64,000 nt of DNA from a virus: IMG/VR virus record IMGVR_UViG_3300017991_000007, positions 42,649-106,648 of that record; one strand, written 5' to 3'. Numbering within the stretch: the stretch's first letter is position 1; every line of letters begins with the position of its first letter. Shown piece by piece: positions 27,722-37,795 of the stretch. A program made the translations under genes and the position numbers. Under the pieces are notes generated by a model. That model saw only the letters and a program-made list of their open reading frames with translations. It did no database searches and was not told the origin of the DNA.

Positions 27722-28642
27722 ATGACGACACCCAAAGACCCTCCAAACACTCCCCCGGAAAATGAAGTAGCTGAGGTTACTGAGGCTCCAAAGCAAGAGC
27801 TTGTAAAGCCCAAGGTTCTAAAACCTATCCGCAGTACACTCAAAACTGTAGATATCGAATTGGGCTGCGGACTTGTGCATGAAAATAAAGTGCATCGTAT
27901 TATCACCGTGCAATCTGCAACCGTTGGTGATAGGAAAGCTTTTGGTGCCAAGCAGAATAGGTCCAACGGCTCCAAGATGATCACTGAGTTACTTCAATCC
28001 AAGTCGATTGATGCGCCGGGTGCCTCATTCAACCTTTCCGGGCGTTGGTTTCAACATGAAATGCTCGGTTTTGACCGGGATCAACTCTGCTATGAAATTC
28101 GCAAGGCAACCGTGGGAGAAAAGCCTTTTGATGAGGAAGTCAATTGCGCTCATTGCGGTATTCCGAATCATGCCCTTGTGAAAGTTGCAGAGATTGAGGA
28201 AACTTTCAGACCTATGCCGGATGAGGTACGCCTTAATATTGAAAGAGGCAAGTGTGTTCACAAGGTAGAGCTACCTGAGTATGGCTTTACCGGTGTTTTC
28301 GCTTATTCGGATGGTAGGAGCCAAGAGCAACTTGCCGAAAAAGTGAGTGAGGATGGAAATCCGTTTGAAACGGAGTTAGAGGTTATATCCGATATGTGCC
28401 TTGATTTTAATGGGGATGGTCCTATTACAGTCGAGGAATTGACGGAATTGGATATTGAGTTTTTGAATGACCTCCAAGCTGAAATTCAGACACATGATTA
28501 CGGTTACGATTTTTCACCCCCCGTCTATTGCTGGAAATGCAAAAAACCTACGATTGTGAGGGTGAATGTTCTGGATTTTTTGTTCGAGGGTACGAAAGCT
28601 CTTATAACCTCTGTGAAGCGGCCCAAGACGTTGAAAGGGTAA
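27722..28642 (+). CDS. Tail assembly chaperone (two CxxC motifs)
   Basis: Between tube and tape measure genes; slippery site near its 3' end. Confidence 0.75.
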   Translation: MTTPKDPPNTPPENEVAEVTEAPKQELVKPKVLKPIRSTLKTVDIELGCGLVHENKVHRIITVQSATVGDRKAFGAKQNRSNGSKMITELLQSKSIDAPGASFNLSGRWFQHEMLGFDRDQLCYEIRKATVGEKPFDEEVNCAHCGIPNHALVKVAEIEETFRPMPDEVRLNIERGKCVHKVELPEYGFTGVFAYSDGRSQEQLAEKVSEDGNPFETELEVISDMCLDFNGDGPITVEELTELDIEFLNDLQAEIQTHDYGYDFSPPVYCWKCKKPTIVRVNVLDFLFEGTKALITSVKRPKTLKG

Positions 28643-28764
28643 TGTTCAATCTGGCATACGGGCTAAATTGGTCGTACCATGATATGATGGACATGCCCGT
28701 TGAGGATTTGCTCCTATTCCACGCATTGCTTGAGGAACAGTGGGATAGAGAGAAAAGGAGATAA
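28576..28764 (+). CDS. -1 frameshift extension of the tail chaperone (gpE'/gpGT-like)
   Basis: In-frame T TTT TTG at 28576-28582; the -1 frame is open to 28764 and encodes LAYGLNWSYHDMMDMPVED. Confidence 0.75.
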   Translation, partial: FFVRGYESSYNLCEAAQDVERVMFNLAYGLNWSYHDMMDMPVEDLLLFHALLEEQWDREKRR

Positions 28765-28769
28765 GCCAG

Positions 28770-31643
28770 ATGAGCGTTATCCCTCTTGGACTCCAACTCT
28801 CAGCCGAAGTTCGCAATATGAGCAAGCTTCAATTGGCTAATAGGGAGTTGGAACGCACCATTCACAATCAAGAAATGCTGAATAAGCAAGCCAAGCTTAA
28901 TTCTCGTTATATGGATGAGAATACCCGCCGGTTAGAACAAGCCCGCCTCCAACGTATGAATAACAATTACCAAATGAGGGCTGCGGCTCAAGACCAAGCT
29001 GAGGTAACTGCCCGTATGCAAGCTGCGGGTCGTACAATGACGGCTGTAGGGGCTGGTATGACCGCTGCGGGGGCTGCGGGTGCATTCTTTATGAAACGGG
29101 CAGTGGGGGAGTCCGTAAAGCTTGAGGGTGCTATGAACGGTATCCGCATTGTGTCTGGAATGTCGGATGAGTCTCTTGGGAAGCTGAATAAGAACTTTAA
29201 GGAAATGTCCATTCGGTTGCCGGGTACGGCGGTTGATATGGCTAGGGCTGCGGACGTTGCGGCTCGTATGGGTGTCCGGGGTGTAGAGGAATTATCGGGT
29301 GTGACTGAGAATGCCGTTGGACTCGCTGTAGCGTCCGGTATGCAGACGAAAACGGCGGCTGAGGGGTTGGGGTCGGTATTCATGGCTTTCCGGCGTGGGA
29401 AGTCGTTTATTGATCCTACAACCGGTGCAATGATGAGCATGAAGGATGCTACGGCAAGTATTTCCTCAGCGTTGATGGAAATGACCTTTAGTACGCCGGG
29501 TACGGCTCAAGAGTTGATCAATGTGACCAAACGTAGTGCGGCTGCGGCGGGGCAATTCGGAGTCACGGCTGCGGAATCTCTTGCTCTTGCGGGCGCACTT
29601 GCCGATTTGAAGCTACCCCCTGAAATGGCCGGGTCTGCCATGCTGAAATTTTATCAGAACATGGCGAACAAAGGCCCGGAAATGATGAAAATTGCCGGTA
29701 TCAATGAGGCGGCTTGGAAAAAGATGACTCCGATAGAACGTATTAAGGGCGTTTTGAAAGGAGTCAATGAGTTGGGGGCGGCTGAGAAAGCCGGTACTGC
29801 TAAGACCGGTACCCTACAAAAAGCTATCAGTATGATGGGTATGAAGGGTATCCGTACCTCAGTGGTTATGAGTGCTTTGCAAGCTGCAATGGGAAAAGCT
29901 CTTGATCCTAAGTTAGCTGCAAAAGGTGTGACACGTCTTGATGCGTTGCTTGGAAAAGCCACAAAAGCGGCTCAAGAGGCTACTAAAGCAAAAGAGACAA
30001 TGGAGAAAAGGCTGAAATCGGTTGGTCAACAAATGGCACAGCTTAGTGCTATGGTCAACATGGTTATGATTTCCCTTGGTGACGCTCTTTTGCCGGTGAT
30101 TACGGCGGTAGTGGGAGTTTTGCGTAAGCTCGTAAACTGGTTCAATAGCCTCTCTGAAAGAACAAAGAACATCATAGGTCTGGTTATCGCTTTGGGGTCT
30201 GCCTTTTTACTCTTATTAGGTGGTCTGCTTTTGGTCGGTGGCGCAATAACAATGATGTTGCCGGGTATCATGGTGTTTATAGAGTCAGCATTCATGGCTA
30301 CCATTGCGGCTGAGGGGTGGGCGGGTGCTTTAGGTGTGCTTTATGCTGAGGCACTTGCTCCAATTCTGGCAATCTTGGCTCCTATTGGTATTGCTATTCT
30401 TGCCGTTGCCGCTGCGGTTGGTACGCTCTATGCTCTTTTCAGGCTTGGAGTTTTTGATAATTTCTTAAACAAATTGGGAGAATGGAAAAAGACACTTGGG
30501 GCGGTCAAACAAGCAACGGCTGATGCTACCAAAATGACGCAGGAACAGTTCGATCTTATGGACAAGTGGGATATGTGGGATGTTGCTGCGGGTATGGAGG
30601 CGGCTCAAAAAACTAGCACGGCTTTTTGGGATTCATTCGGTAGAGGTTGGCAAGAGGGTTTGGAGGGTGGTACCTCTTTTAAGATTCTGGTTGAAACTAT
30701 CGGTATGTATTTATCCGAAACTTTTGAGCCTATTTGGGCTGCTATTGCTGATTTATTAAATGAGATTTTTGGTGAAATGGATAGCGGGATGAATAAAGCG
30801 ATTGAGGATGGTTATGCTTTTGGCTACATACTCTCTCAAATTAAGTACGTTCTTTTGGCTTTGATTCCGGTAATCAAGATAGTCTTAGGTCCGATTGCTT
30901 CCATGATTAAAACCGCAATTAATGCTGTAAGATTGTTCGTGATAGCCATTAAAAGCATTGCTACTTTTGTAGAGGGTGTGGGTAAAACGATTGCCGGTCT
31001 TTTGGTTGGTATGTTGTATGGAGATTGGGGCGGCTTTTTTGATGGTTTGAAACAAATGGCATATAGTTTTTTCATGTTTTTTGATGCCATTATAGACTCT
31101 ATTGCAGTTGCGGTATCCGATGGTGTTAGGGGTATGTTAGAGTTGGTGGATGCTGTATTACCAACGAGTTTGACGGCGATTTTTGATAAAATCATTGATA
31201 GGATTGCTGGTTGGTGGAATACCCTTAGAAATAAGATAAAAGAGTGGGCCGGTATCGACGTTGGTACTGAGGCAACTGTTGGAGCCGGGGCGCAAACCGG
31301 AGCCGGTGCTACAAAGAGGGCTGAGGCTGCGGGTGGATTAGTAGCCAAACAAAATGCAAAAGAGGCTGAGAAAGCAAGGAAAAGCACTAAGGCTAAAAAG
31401 GATGTTGCCACGAAAAAGCCCCCAAGACGAACTACCCCACCAACCCCGGCTGAAAGAGAGGGTGCGGGGATGATGACCGCAGCCGAGCTTGCCGCTACCT
31501 TGACCGGAGCATTCCCGAAAAAACTTGAGTCTCAAACGAATGTAAAGTTGGTTATGGGTGAATTACAGTTTGGTGAAGCGGTTGCGAAAGTGAGTAAGAA
31601 TTTGAATAGTCGATTGGGGCAAGGAACTGCCCCAAGTTCTTGA
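28770..31643 (+). CDS. Tape measure protein
   Basis: 957 aa, Ala/Gly-rich and helical, TP901-type core, hydrophobic segments; position. Confidence 0.93.
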   Translation: MSVIPLGLQLSAEVRNMSKLQLANRELERTIHNQEMLNKQAKLNSRYMDENTRRLEQARLQRMNNNYQMRAAAQDQAEVTARMQAAGRTMTAVGAGMTAAGAAGAFFMKRAVGESVKLEGAMNGIRIVSGMSDESLGKLNKNFKEMSIRLPGTAVDMARAADVAARMGVRGVEELSGVTENAVGLAVASGMQTKTAAEGLGSVFMAFRRGKSFIDPTTGAMMSMKDATASISSALMEMTFSTPGTAQELINVTKRSAAAAGQFGVTAAESLALAGALADLKLPPEMAGSAMLKFYQNMANKGPEMMKIAGINEAAWKKMTPIERIKGVLKGVNELGAAEKAGTAKTGTLQKAISMMGMKGIRTSVVMSALQAAMGKALDPKLAAKGVTRLDALLGKATKAAQEATKAKETMEKRLKSVGQQMAQLSAMVNMVMISLGDALLPVITAVVGVLRKLVNWFNSLSERTKNIIGLVIALGSAFLLLLGGLLLVGGAITMMLPGIMVFIESAFMATIAAEGWAGALGVLYAEALAPILAILAPIGIAILAVAAAVGTLYALFRLGVFDNFLNKLGEWKKTLGAVKQATADATKMTQEQFDLMDKWDMWDVAAGMEAAQKTSTAFWDSFGRGWQEGLEGGTSFKILVETIGMYLSETFEPIWAAIADLLNEIFGEMDSGMNKAIEDGYAFGYILSQIKYVLLALIPVIKIVLGPIASMIKTAINAVRLFVIAIKSIATFVEGVGKTIAGLLVGMLYGDWGGFFDGLKQMAYSFFMFFDAIIDSIAVAVSDGVRGMLELVDAVLPTSLTAIFDKIIDRIAGWWNTLRNKIKEWAGIDVGTEATVGAGAQTGAGATKRAEAAGGLVAKQNAKEAEKARKSTKAKKDVATKKPPRRTTPPTPAEREGAGMMTAAELAATLTGAFPKKLESQTNVKLVMGELQFGEAVAKVSKNLNSRLGQGTAPSS

Positions 31644-31655
31644 TAGGAGTCTGAT

Positions 31656-32195
31656 ATGCCTGAATTAAGACCAGAGGCGCAAATAGGGCCGGGGAAGCTT
31701 AAAGCTGCCTCTAAAGGGTTTTTGGCAAATTATTATGATCCTAATGACCGGTTGGTTTTCCAATACAATCCACCAATGATTGATGAGGAAAAGAGTGTGG
31801 GTTGGACTGAAATTACTATTCCGGGGTCGGATGATAATCTCTATCAGTTTGGAGGCGGTAACAATCTGACATTAACGGTTTCTCTGTTTTTCAATCAATT
31901 GGGAGAGGCGGTTGATACCAACTATGTAGAGGATTCAATCAAATGGTTGCACTCCTTTACTGAGACAAGGCGTGGGGTGCCAATGCAAGGGCTTGCACCC
32001 GGATTGCTGCTTTTCGGCTTTGGATCATCGGTTTTCGGAGCGGGAAGTGGGTACGGATATTCCTCTACCCCGGCTCTTTTGGTGCATATTGAGAGTATGC
32101 GGGCAAGCCGGATGTTTTTTGAGAAAACGACACTGATTACCAGACGGGCGCAAGTCGAATTGAACTTGGTTCGTCATTTGCTTTATCCGAGGTAA
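31656..32195 (+). CDS. Tail tube initiator (baseplate) protein
   Basis: FQYNP, W.EI.IPG, QF.GG motifs. Confidence 0.75.
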   Translation: MPELRPEAQIGPGKLKAASKGFLANYYDPNDRLVFQYNPPMIDEEKSVGWTEITIPGSDDNLYQFGGGNNLTLTVSLFFNQLGEAVDTNYVEDSIKWLHSFTETRRGVPMQGLAPGLLLFGFGSSVFGAGSGYGYSSTPALLVHIESMRASRMFFEKTTLITRRAQVELNLVRHLLYPR

Positions 32196-32198
32196 GCT

Positions 32199-32516
32199 AT
32201 GCCTGTATATACCGATTCCAGATATTCCGGCGGGCGGCAAATATGGATACGCACTGAGAGGGGTGCTGAGGAAAAGACGCTCCCTTTCATCTATGCCTAC
32301 AAAGACGTGACGGTGAATATGACAACTGCGTTGGTTCATACCACTCAGTTTGGGGATAGGATTGATGAGCTTGCCCGGAAATATGGAGGCAAGAGTACCC
32401 TTTGGTGGGTAATTGCTGATTTCAACGGCATGTTTCGATTGCCTTTGTACTTACCGCCGGGATTGAAGCTGAATATACCGACAAGGGATGATTTCAGACG
32501 GGTAGGGGGAACTTAA
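32199..32516 (+). CDS. LysM / tail-X-like baseplate protein
   Basis: GDRIDELARKYGG..LWWVIADFN...G.KL.IP. Confidence 0.85.
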   Translation: MPVYTDSRYSGGRQIWIRTERGAEEKTLPFIYAYKDVTVNMTTALVHTTQFGDRIDELARKYGGKSTLWWVIADFNGMFRLPLYLPPGLKLNIPTRDDFRRVGGT

Positions 32517-33976
32517 TGCCAACCGAGCCTACCTATAAATATTCTTGGCAAGTTGATGCTTGTGGGGGTGCGACGGATGCGGGAGAGGATAATCCGATTC
32601 CTCAGCCCCCACCCACTAATGCCACGCCCGCAGATCAACTTGTAGAGCCTGTAGCTGCCCCGCCGGGTCTTGTTGCGGGTCGGTTTGGGGCGGTAGAGCG
32701 TCATGCGGTCCAGCATATCGTTTGGGCATACCCTTACGCAGACCGTGACGATGACCGGGTAGAGGTGACGGGTATTGTAGAGTCTATTCAGATAGATATG
32801 GAAATCAATAAGGATACGGACGTTAAGATAAGTCTTGTGGACCATGCTTTCCAGCTTACCGACCTTGTGTACTTTTCGGTTGGACACCGGCTTGGGATTG
32901 AGCTTTTTGATGGTGTGAAATGGAGAGATTTTGGCAGCTTCGTTATCGTAAACCCTCAGCGTGATTATTCGGATACCGCAAAAATCAACTTGGATTTGCG
33001 GACTAAAAAAGTGGTAATGCAGCGGAATTCCAATGCTCAAAGGTGGGAGAAAACCAAGCGTTCTAAAGCTGTAGAAGATATAGCCAAGGCATACGGATTT
33101 GACGTTGAAATGGATGAAACGGATTTGGAGGTTGGTGAAATCACAATGGCTAATGAGCCGCCAACGGCTTTTATCCAGAGAATTGCCAAGCTTGAGGGTT
33201 TTTGGTGGGATGTAGTCGGTAACAAGATTCGTTTTAAGAAAAGGACGCTAAAAGACACGGGTGTAATCCTTCGCTACCGCCCGGATTGGCCCGAAGTTGG
33301 TAATATAATTTCGGTTAGCTCTGAGACAGATGGTTCATCCGGCAAAGGCTCTAAGGCGATACCAGATGCAGTGAGCATTGATTTTCAGTCCGGGGAGCTT
33401 GACCCAAATTATCTCCAAGTGGTAGCTCAATTGGGACTTTTCAATACTCAGGGTAACGTAGTTGCGAGTATTGCTGATAAAGCCGGATACCAAGCACCAA
33501 ACTCCAATGATTTTAGTCTCTTGGCAAGTTTGCAGCAATTCAATACGAATACTGAGGAACCAGAGGATAAGGGCAGTGTCCTAGATGAGCCTGTATCTTA
33601 TAATCCACCCTCTATGATGCTCCAAGATGCCCGGACTGCTAATGCTATGAAAAAGATGAAAGACATTCTCTATGAGTCTAACGCTCTTGGAAAATACAAA
33701 TTATCAGTCAGCACTTATGCGAACAATGACATTGAAATTGAGGGAATGGTGACGGTCAATGGAAAATTAAGTGTAGAGGATCAAGGGCTTTGGATGGTAG
33801 AGACTTTGAGCGTTGGTTTCGGAAACGGCGGGTATATGATGGAATTGGGTTGCAAGAGAGGTTCCCGCCCGGAAATTGCTAAAGGAACGGTAAGGGGCAG
33901 TGATTCAGCCAATGGGGAAGCTGCCCAAGATAGAGCGTTTGAGGAAAATGATCCTGATAATCCTTGGGATGCGTAA
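32516..33976 (+). CDS. Baseplate hub (P2 gpD / late control D-like)
   Basis: S.AVEDIAKAYG, FIQRIAKLEG; position. Confidence 0.8.
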   Translation: MPTEPTYKYSWQVDACGGATDAGEDNPIPQPPPTNATPADQLVEPVAAPPGLVAGRFGAVERHAVQHIVWAYPYADRDDDRVEVTGIVESIQIDMEINKDTDVKISLVDHAFQLTDLVYFSVGHRLGIELFDGVKWRDFGSFVIVNPQRDYSDTAKINLDLRTKKVVMQRNSNAQRWEKTKRSKAVEDIAKAYGFDVEMDETDLEVGEITMANEPPTAFIQRIAKLEGFWWDVVGNKIRFKKRTLKDTGVILRYRPDWPEVGNIISVSSETDGSSGKGSKAIPDAVSIDFQSGELDPNYLQVVAQLGLFNTQGNVVASIADKAGYQAPNSNDFSLLASLQQFNTNTEEPEDKGSVLDEPVSYNPPSMMLQDARTANAMKKMKDILYESNALGKYKLSVSTYANNDIEIEGMVTVNGKLSVEDQGLWMVETLSVGFGNGGYMMELGCKRGSRPEIAKGTVRGSDSANGEAAQDRAFEENDPDNPWDA

Positions 33977-35361
33977 TGAAAATAGTCAAAGAGGGAATCA
34001 CATATTACTTGGGAAAATGGCCCGGACGTTGCGTTGCCATTGATGATCCAAATCAAGGGGGTCGTATCCGGGCAATGGTGCCGGATGTTTATGGTACCGT
34101 AAGTTCCCCGTGGGCTACTCCCTGCTTTCCCGGCGGTGATTTTAAGGTTCCCTCTTTAGGGGATCAAGTCTGGTTTGAATTCCAAAGTGGTGATCCAGAG
34201 CAACCGATATTCGTAGGCTATGCTCCCTCAGCCGCAGGGGGCGCACAGGCGGCTCCGGGTACTGCTAGAGGGGATGATGACGATACCACGTTGCTCTTAG
34301 GCGGTAAGGGCGGCGGGGCTATGGATATTGCCGATGATGAGGATGGTACCCGGCAAGTTTTAGAACCAGCTACCACCTCTCAGCCTCAGTATGGACACGT
34401 CAAATCTCTGCGGGTCGGTATGACCTTCATGGAGGTTGATGGTACGGCTGATAATCAGAGAATCCAAATGTACCATGATTCAGGTGCTTTCATGGAAATT
34501 GGTAAAGGCGGCGGTTTCAAGAAAGTAATGAAGGGGCAAGAGCATGATTGGGTGAAAGGCACTCGTACCCGTGTTACCACTTCACAGCTAACGGAAACGG
34601 TTGGTGCCAATGCTCAATATGATTACTCAGCCTCAGTCAAATACACCTTTGGCGGTGATCGAAATATCACTCAGAAAGGCGATACTTTTCTTGAATCTGA
34701 GGGGTCGCTGAGTGAAACTCTTGGAGGGGGAAAGGTAGTTGATGTAAGCGGGCAGTATTCTATCTCAGCCGCATCCGTAAAGGACGTGTGTGCCGGGGAT
34801 AGGAGCGTTGCCACTCTCGGTAAGTTGGATGAGGTAGTCACCGGTTCTGTAAACGTGCTTATCGCAAATGGCAGCTTTGATGAGGGTTGGACAATTGGGT
34901 ACAACCTTGGGGTTGCTCTAGGGGATATGCTCTTTACTACATTGGCAGGAAACGTATTCGTGACAACCGCACCGGGGCCGGGAACTATAAATCTGACAAC
35001 GGTAAACGGTGCTATGAATCTTACTACCGGGGCCGGGGTTATGAATCTGACAACCGGAGCGGGTGTGATGAATTTGAGTACCGGTACAGGCGTGTTGAAT
35101 GTCACGTCCGGGGCTGCTTTGAATTTGACCGGGGCTGCGGTAGTGACGGTGAATGGTACTCAGATATTACTCGGATTGGGTGCGGCTGAGAATGTGATAG
35201 GGGGTTTGAAGTTTCAAGCCCTTTGGAATTTGATGGTGACTTGGTTGAATACGCATGTTCATAAGGCCAATGCTGAGTTTGCCCCCGTTGATCCACCCAC
35301 AATTCCTTTGACTAGCGATATAACACCCGCATTGTCTCAGCTTGTGAAAGTGGGGCTGTAA
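33976..35361 (+). CDS. Baseplate central spike (gpV/gp5/VgrG-like)
   Basis: OB-fold DDP..GGRIRA.VP, VP.LGDQVWFEF..GDP..P; beta-helix repeats; C-terminal HVH. Confidence 0.88.
   Translation: MKIVKEGITYYLGKWPGRCVAIDDPNQGGRIRAMVPDVYGTVSSPWATPCFPGGDFKVPSLGDQVWFEFQSGDPEQPIFVGYAPSAAGGAQAAPGTARGDDDDTTLLLGGKGGGAMDIADDEDGTRQVLEPATTSQPQYGHVKSLRVGMTFMEVDGTADNQRIQMYHDSGAFMEIGKGGGFKKVMKGQEHDWVKGTRTRVTTSQLTETVGANAQYDYSASVKYTFGGDRNITQKGDTFLESEGSLSETLGGGKVVDVSGQYSISAASVKDVCAGDRSVATLGKLDEVVTGSVNVLIANGSFDEGWTIGYNLGVALGDMLFTTLAGNVFVTTAPGPGTINLTTVNGAMNLTTGAGVMNLTTGAGVMNLSTGTGVLNVTSGAALNLTGAAVVTVNGTQILLGLGAAENVIGGLKFQALWNLMVTWLNTHVHKANAEFAPVDPPTIPLTSDITPALSQLVKVGL
34987..35130 (+). repeat. 27-nt degenerate tandem repeat encoding (M)NLTTGAGV beta-helix rungs
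   Basis: INLTTVNGA-MNLTTGAGV-MNLTTGAGV-MNLSTGTGV-LNVTSGAA. Confidence 0.8.
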
Positions 35362-35661
35362 ATGCTTGATTATAAAGACTTACACGTTGACGATGGTAGT
35401 GAGGCATTCCTGCCCAAAAGAGTGCAATCGGTTGCACCTCAGAATGTGAAACCGGCCAAATGGGTACCGTTGTCTGAAACGGCTTTGATGGATAGGGTTG
35501 ATGAGATTGCGAAAAAGGCGCAAGAGGTTGAAAAGAAATTTCAGGAAAAGGCTCTAAAGCAGATTCAAGGCTTAATGACCCTACTGAAAATGGCTTATGC
35601 ACAAGAAAACCAGACCGGGGCTTTACCGGCAACGCAGGGATGGATTCACTTAGATGAGTAG
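35362..35661 (+). CDS. Hypothetical helical protein
   Basis: Abuts the spike gene. Confidence 0.65.
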   Translation: MLDYKDLHVDDGSEAFLPKRVQSVAPQNVKPAKWVPLSETALMDRVDEIAKKAQEVEKKFQEKALKQIQGLMTLLKMAYAQENQTGALPATQGWIHLDE

Positions 35662-36886
35662 TGTAGCGGAATGGCAAATTATTGAGCTTGAGGTACCGCC
35701 TGAGATTCAGCAAGTCTTGGACCTTATTGCGGACGCTCTTGATGCTATCGCTGCGTTTCTTGAGCTTGTCGCTGCTTTCTTGGAGTTGGTAGCGACCCTC
35801 ATACAACTCGCTCTTGACCTTTATGTAGCACTTGTAAATGCTTTCATTGATGCGCTCCAAAATCTGCTTAACGACTTACGCTATGCGGGCATATACGTCT
35901 TTTTGGACTATCCGAATACCCTAAGCCTTGCTGACTTTAATCCCGCCGCAGAATCGACTTTGGCCGGTACGATATTTGACCCGGATTTTTTGGACGGGGT
36001 AGAGGATCAAGAGGAATTGCTTGCGATTGCGGCCAAGCGTAAGTCTTGGGCAAGGCAGCAAAAATCGTTCCTGTCTTTCGATACTGCGATTGCCAGAATC
36101 AATGCGTCTTTCGTGGATCAACTTGACCATTTGAAACCCCCGTACTCTGAGACTGCCAATACTTATGGTGTTGTGATCATGGGGTATTCAGAGGAAGTGG
36201 TTTTATATCTCAAGATTGTTAGGCAGTTCTACAACCTCTTTGCTCTAAACGACTTGGGGCAAGTGCTTGCACCCGGATTTGATCAATGGTTGGAGGATTT
36301 CGAGGGCGGTATTGAGGATTTAACAAGTGTGGATTGGTGTGATTTCAATTTCGTTGTGCCTTTCACTTTCAGGAATGCCGGTACTTTCCCGAATTGGATA
36401 GGCAGATACACGTTGCAGGATTTAATACCCCCTCTTGGAGAACTCTTGAGGGCTTTGAGTAACCTTTTGGAGCTTTTGCGTCCGAATGGAGCTATCACTG
36501 ATTTTATTCAGGCTCTAATAGATGCTTTATTGAAAAAAGTTGAAAGGTTACGACAACTTGCGGAAACTTTAGCTGAGTTGGCAGACGCTTTGAGGAATGC
36601 GTTTTCCGGTACGAAACTCTCAGTTGTCACCGTGGAATCCTCTACCGGCAACAACGGCTTTATCAACGGTCTGCGGTCTGCTACCGGGCATCCCGGATTT
36701 GATGAGGCGTTGGTTGTGAGTTTGGTTCTTTATGCGGGCGGTCCAAATATTGAGCCTCTAAAGCTCCTGTTCGGTGTTCAAGGGGAGAAAATGGTTGACG
36801 ATTACGTTGATGCTACTGAGGGTGCGGTAGAGGATTATGAGGACGGGGAGCCTACAACCCCAACTACTCCGATTGTGACACCGTAA
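35654..36886 (+). CDS. Hypothetical baseplate-region protein with long amphipathic helices
   Basis: AAFLELV x2 within a Leu/Ala-rich helix of about 55 aa. Confidence 0.75.
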   Translation: MSSVAEWQIIELEVPPEIQQVLDLIADALDAIAAFLELVAAFLELVATLIQLALDLYVALVNAFIDALQNLLNDLRYAGIYVFLDYPNTLSLADFNPAAESTLAGTIFDPDFLDGVEDQEELLAIAAKRKSWARQQKSFLSFDTAIARINASFVDQLDHLKPPYSETANTYGVVIMGYSEEVVLYLKIVRQFYNLFALNDLGQVLAPGFDQWLEDFEGGIEDLTSVDWCDFNFVVPFTFRNAGTFPNWIGRYTLQDLIPPLGELLRALSNLLELLRPNGAITDFIQALIDALLKKVERLRQLAETLAELADALRNAFSGTKLSVVTVESSTGNNGFINGLRSATGHPGFDEALVVSLVLYAGGPNIEPLKLLFGVQGEKMVDDYVDATEGAVEDYEDGEPTTPTTPIVTP

Positions 36887-37269
36887 TGGATAAGACAAGT
36901 TTAGAAATGGACCTCATAAATCGGGTATTCATTGATGCTCAAAGCGAGTTTTCGCAGGATGAGTTTGATAAGAATGAGCAACGCTTACGGGATTTGCGGT
37001 GTGAGCTTAGAAAGAAAGAGCTAAAGACAAAACAACTTCAAGAGGCGTTAGAGGATGCGGAAAGTGCTGCAAAAATGGTATCCTGTAATTACCCTGAGTT
37101 GGCTCTTGTTTTTCAGGTTTATGCAAACCGTCTGAGGGATAAGCTGAAAGCCCAAAGTCCTGAGTCTTTCAGGCATAAAATCAGGGAGCTTGAAAAGGAG
37201 CAAGGTTTGAGCAAACGGATTGCTAAGACACTTTCTAAGCCATTGGAGAAAGTACATGGCACAAGGTAG
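36886..37269 (+). CDS. Hypothetical coiled-coil protein
   Basis: TAATG coupling. Confidence 0.7.
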   Translation: MDKTSLEMDLINRVFIDAQSEFSQDEFDKNEQRLRDLRCELRKKELKTKQLQEALEDAESAAKMVSCNYPELALVFQVYANRLRDKLKAQSPESFRHKIRELEKEQGLSKRIAKTLSKPLEKVHGTR

Positions 37270-37795
37270 AAATGACCCGGTAGGTGTTGGGATTAAATCG
37301 CCTCTATCTTTCGAGGGGGGCGGTCTAAACTATACTGCCAGTACCTACGTTGATGTTTCCGGGGATGCGGGCATAGGTCCGAATATGGGTTTTGGAGGTC
37401 CGGCCCGCTTGCTTGACCCGAATGCGAGTAGTTTTTATAGCACTGGTAAGATGCTGGTTGCGACCTTAAATGAGCAAAAACAAGTCATTTTTCAGTCCAT
37501 TTCTCGTATCATTAAGACACCCGTTGGCAGTCGGTTTATGAATGGTGAGTTTGGCAGTTACGTTGATGATATCGTTTTCGACTTGAATGAGCCGGTGATT
37601 CATAGCTTGGCAGCTTCTTATGCCAGCGTTGCCGTTCAACAGTGGGAACCAAGAGTAGAGATAAATCGAATTTCGGTTGATTATCATCCGAGCAAGGATT
37701 ATGCGATGGTAGGGGTTTTGGACTATACGATTGTAGGTACTGCCCTTGTTACCGGGAATGTGACTTTTGAGGTAGAGGGAGAAACCAATGAGTAA
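37256..37795 (+). CDS. Baseplate wedge subunit (T4 gp25 / P2 gpW family)
   Basis: QSI.RII.TP.GSR.M..EFGS...WEPRV. Confidence 0.9.
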   Translation: MAQGRNDPVGVGIKSPLSFEGGGLNYTASTYVDVSGDAGIGPNMGFGGPARLLDPNASSFYSTGKMLVATLNEQKQVIFQSISRIIKTPVGSRFMNGEFGSYVDDIVFDLNEPVIHSLAASYASVAVQQWEPRVEINRISVDYHPSKDYAMVGVLDYTIVGTALVTGNVTFEVEGETNE

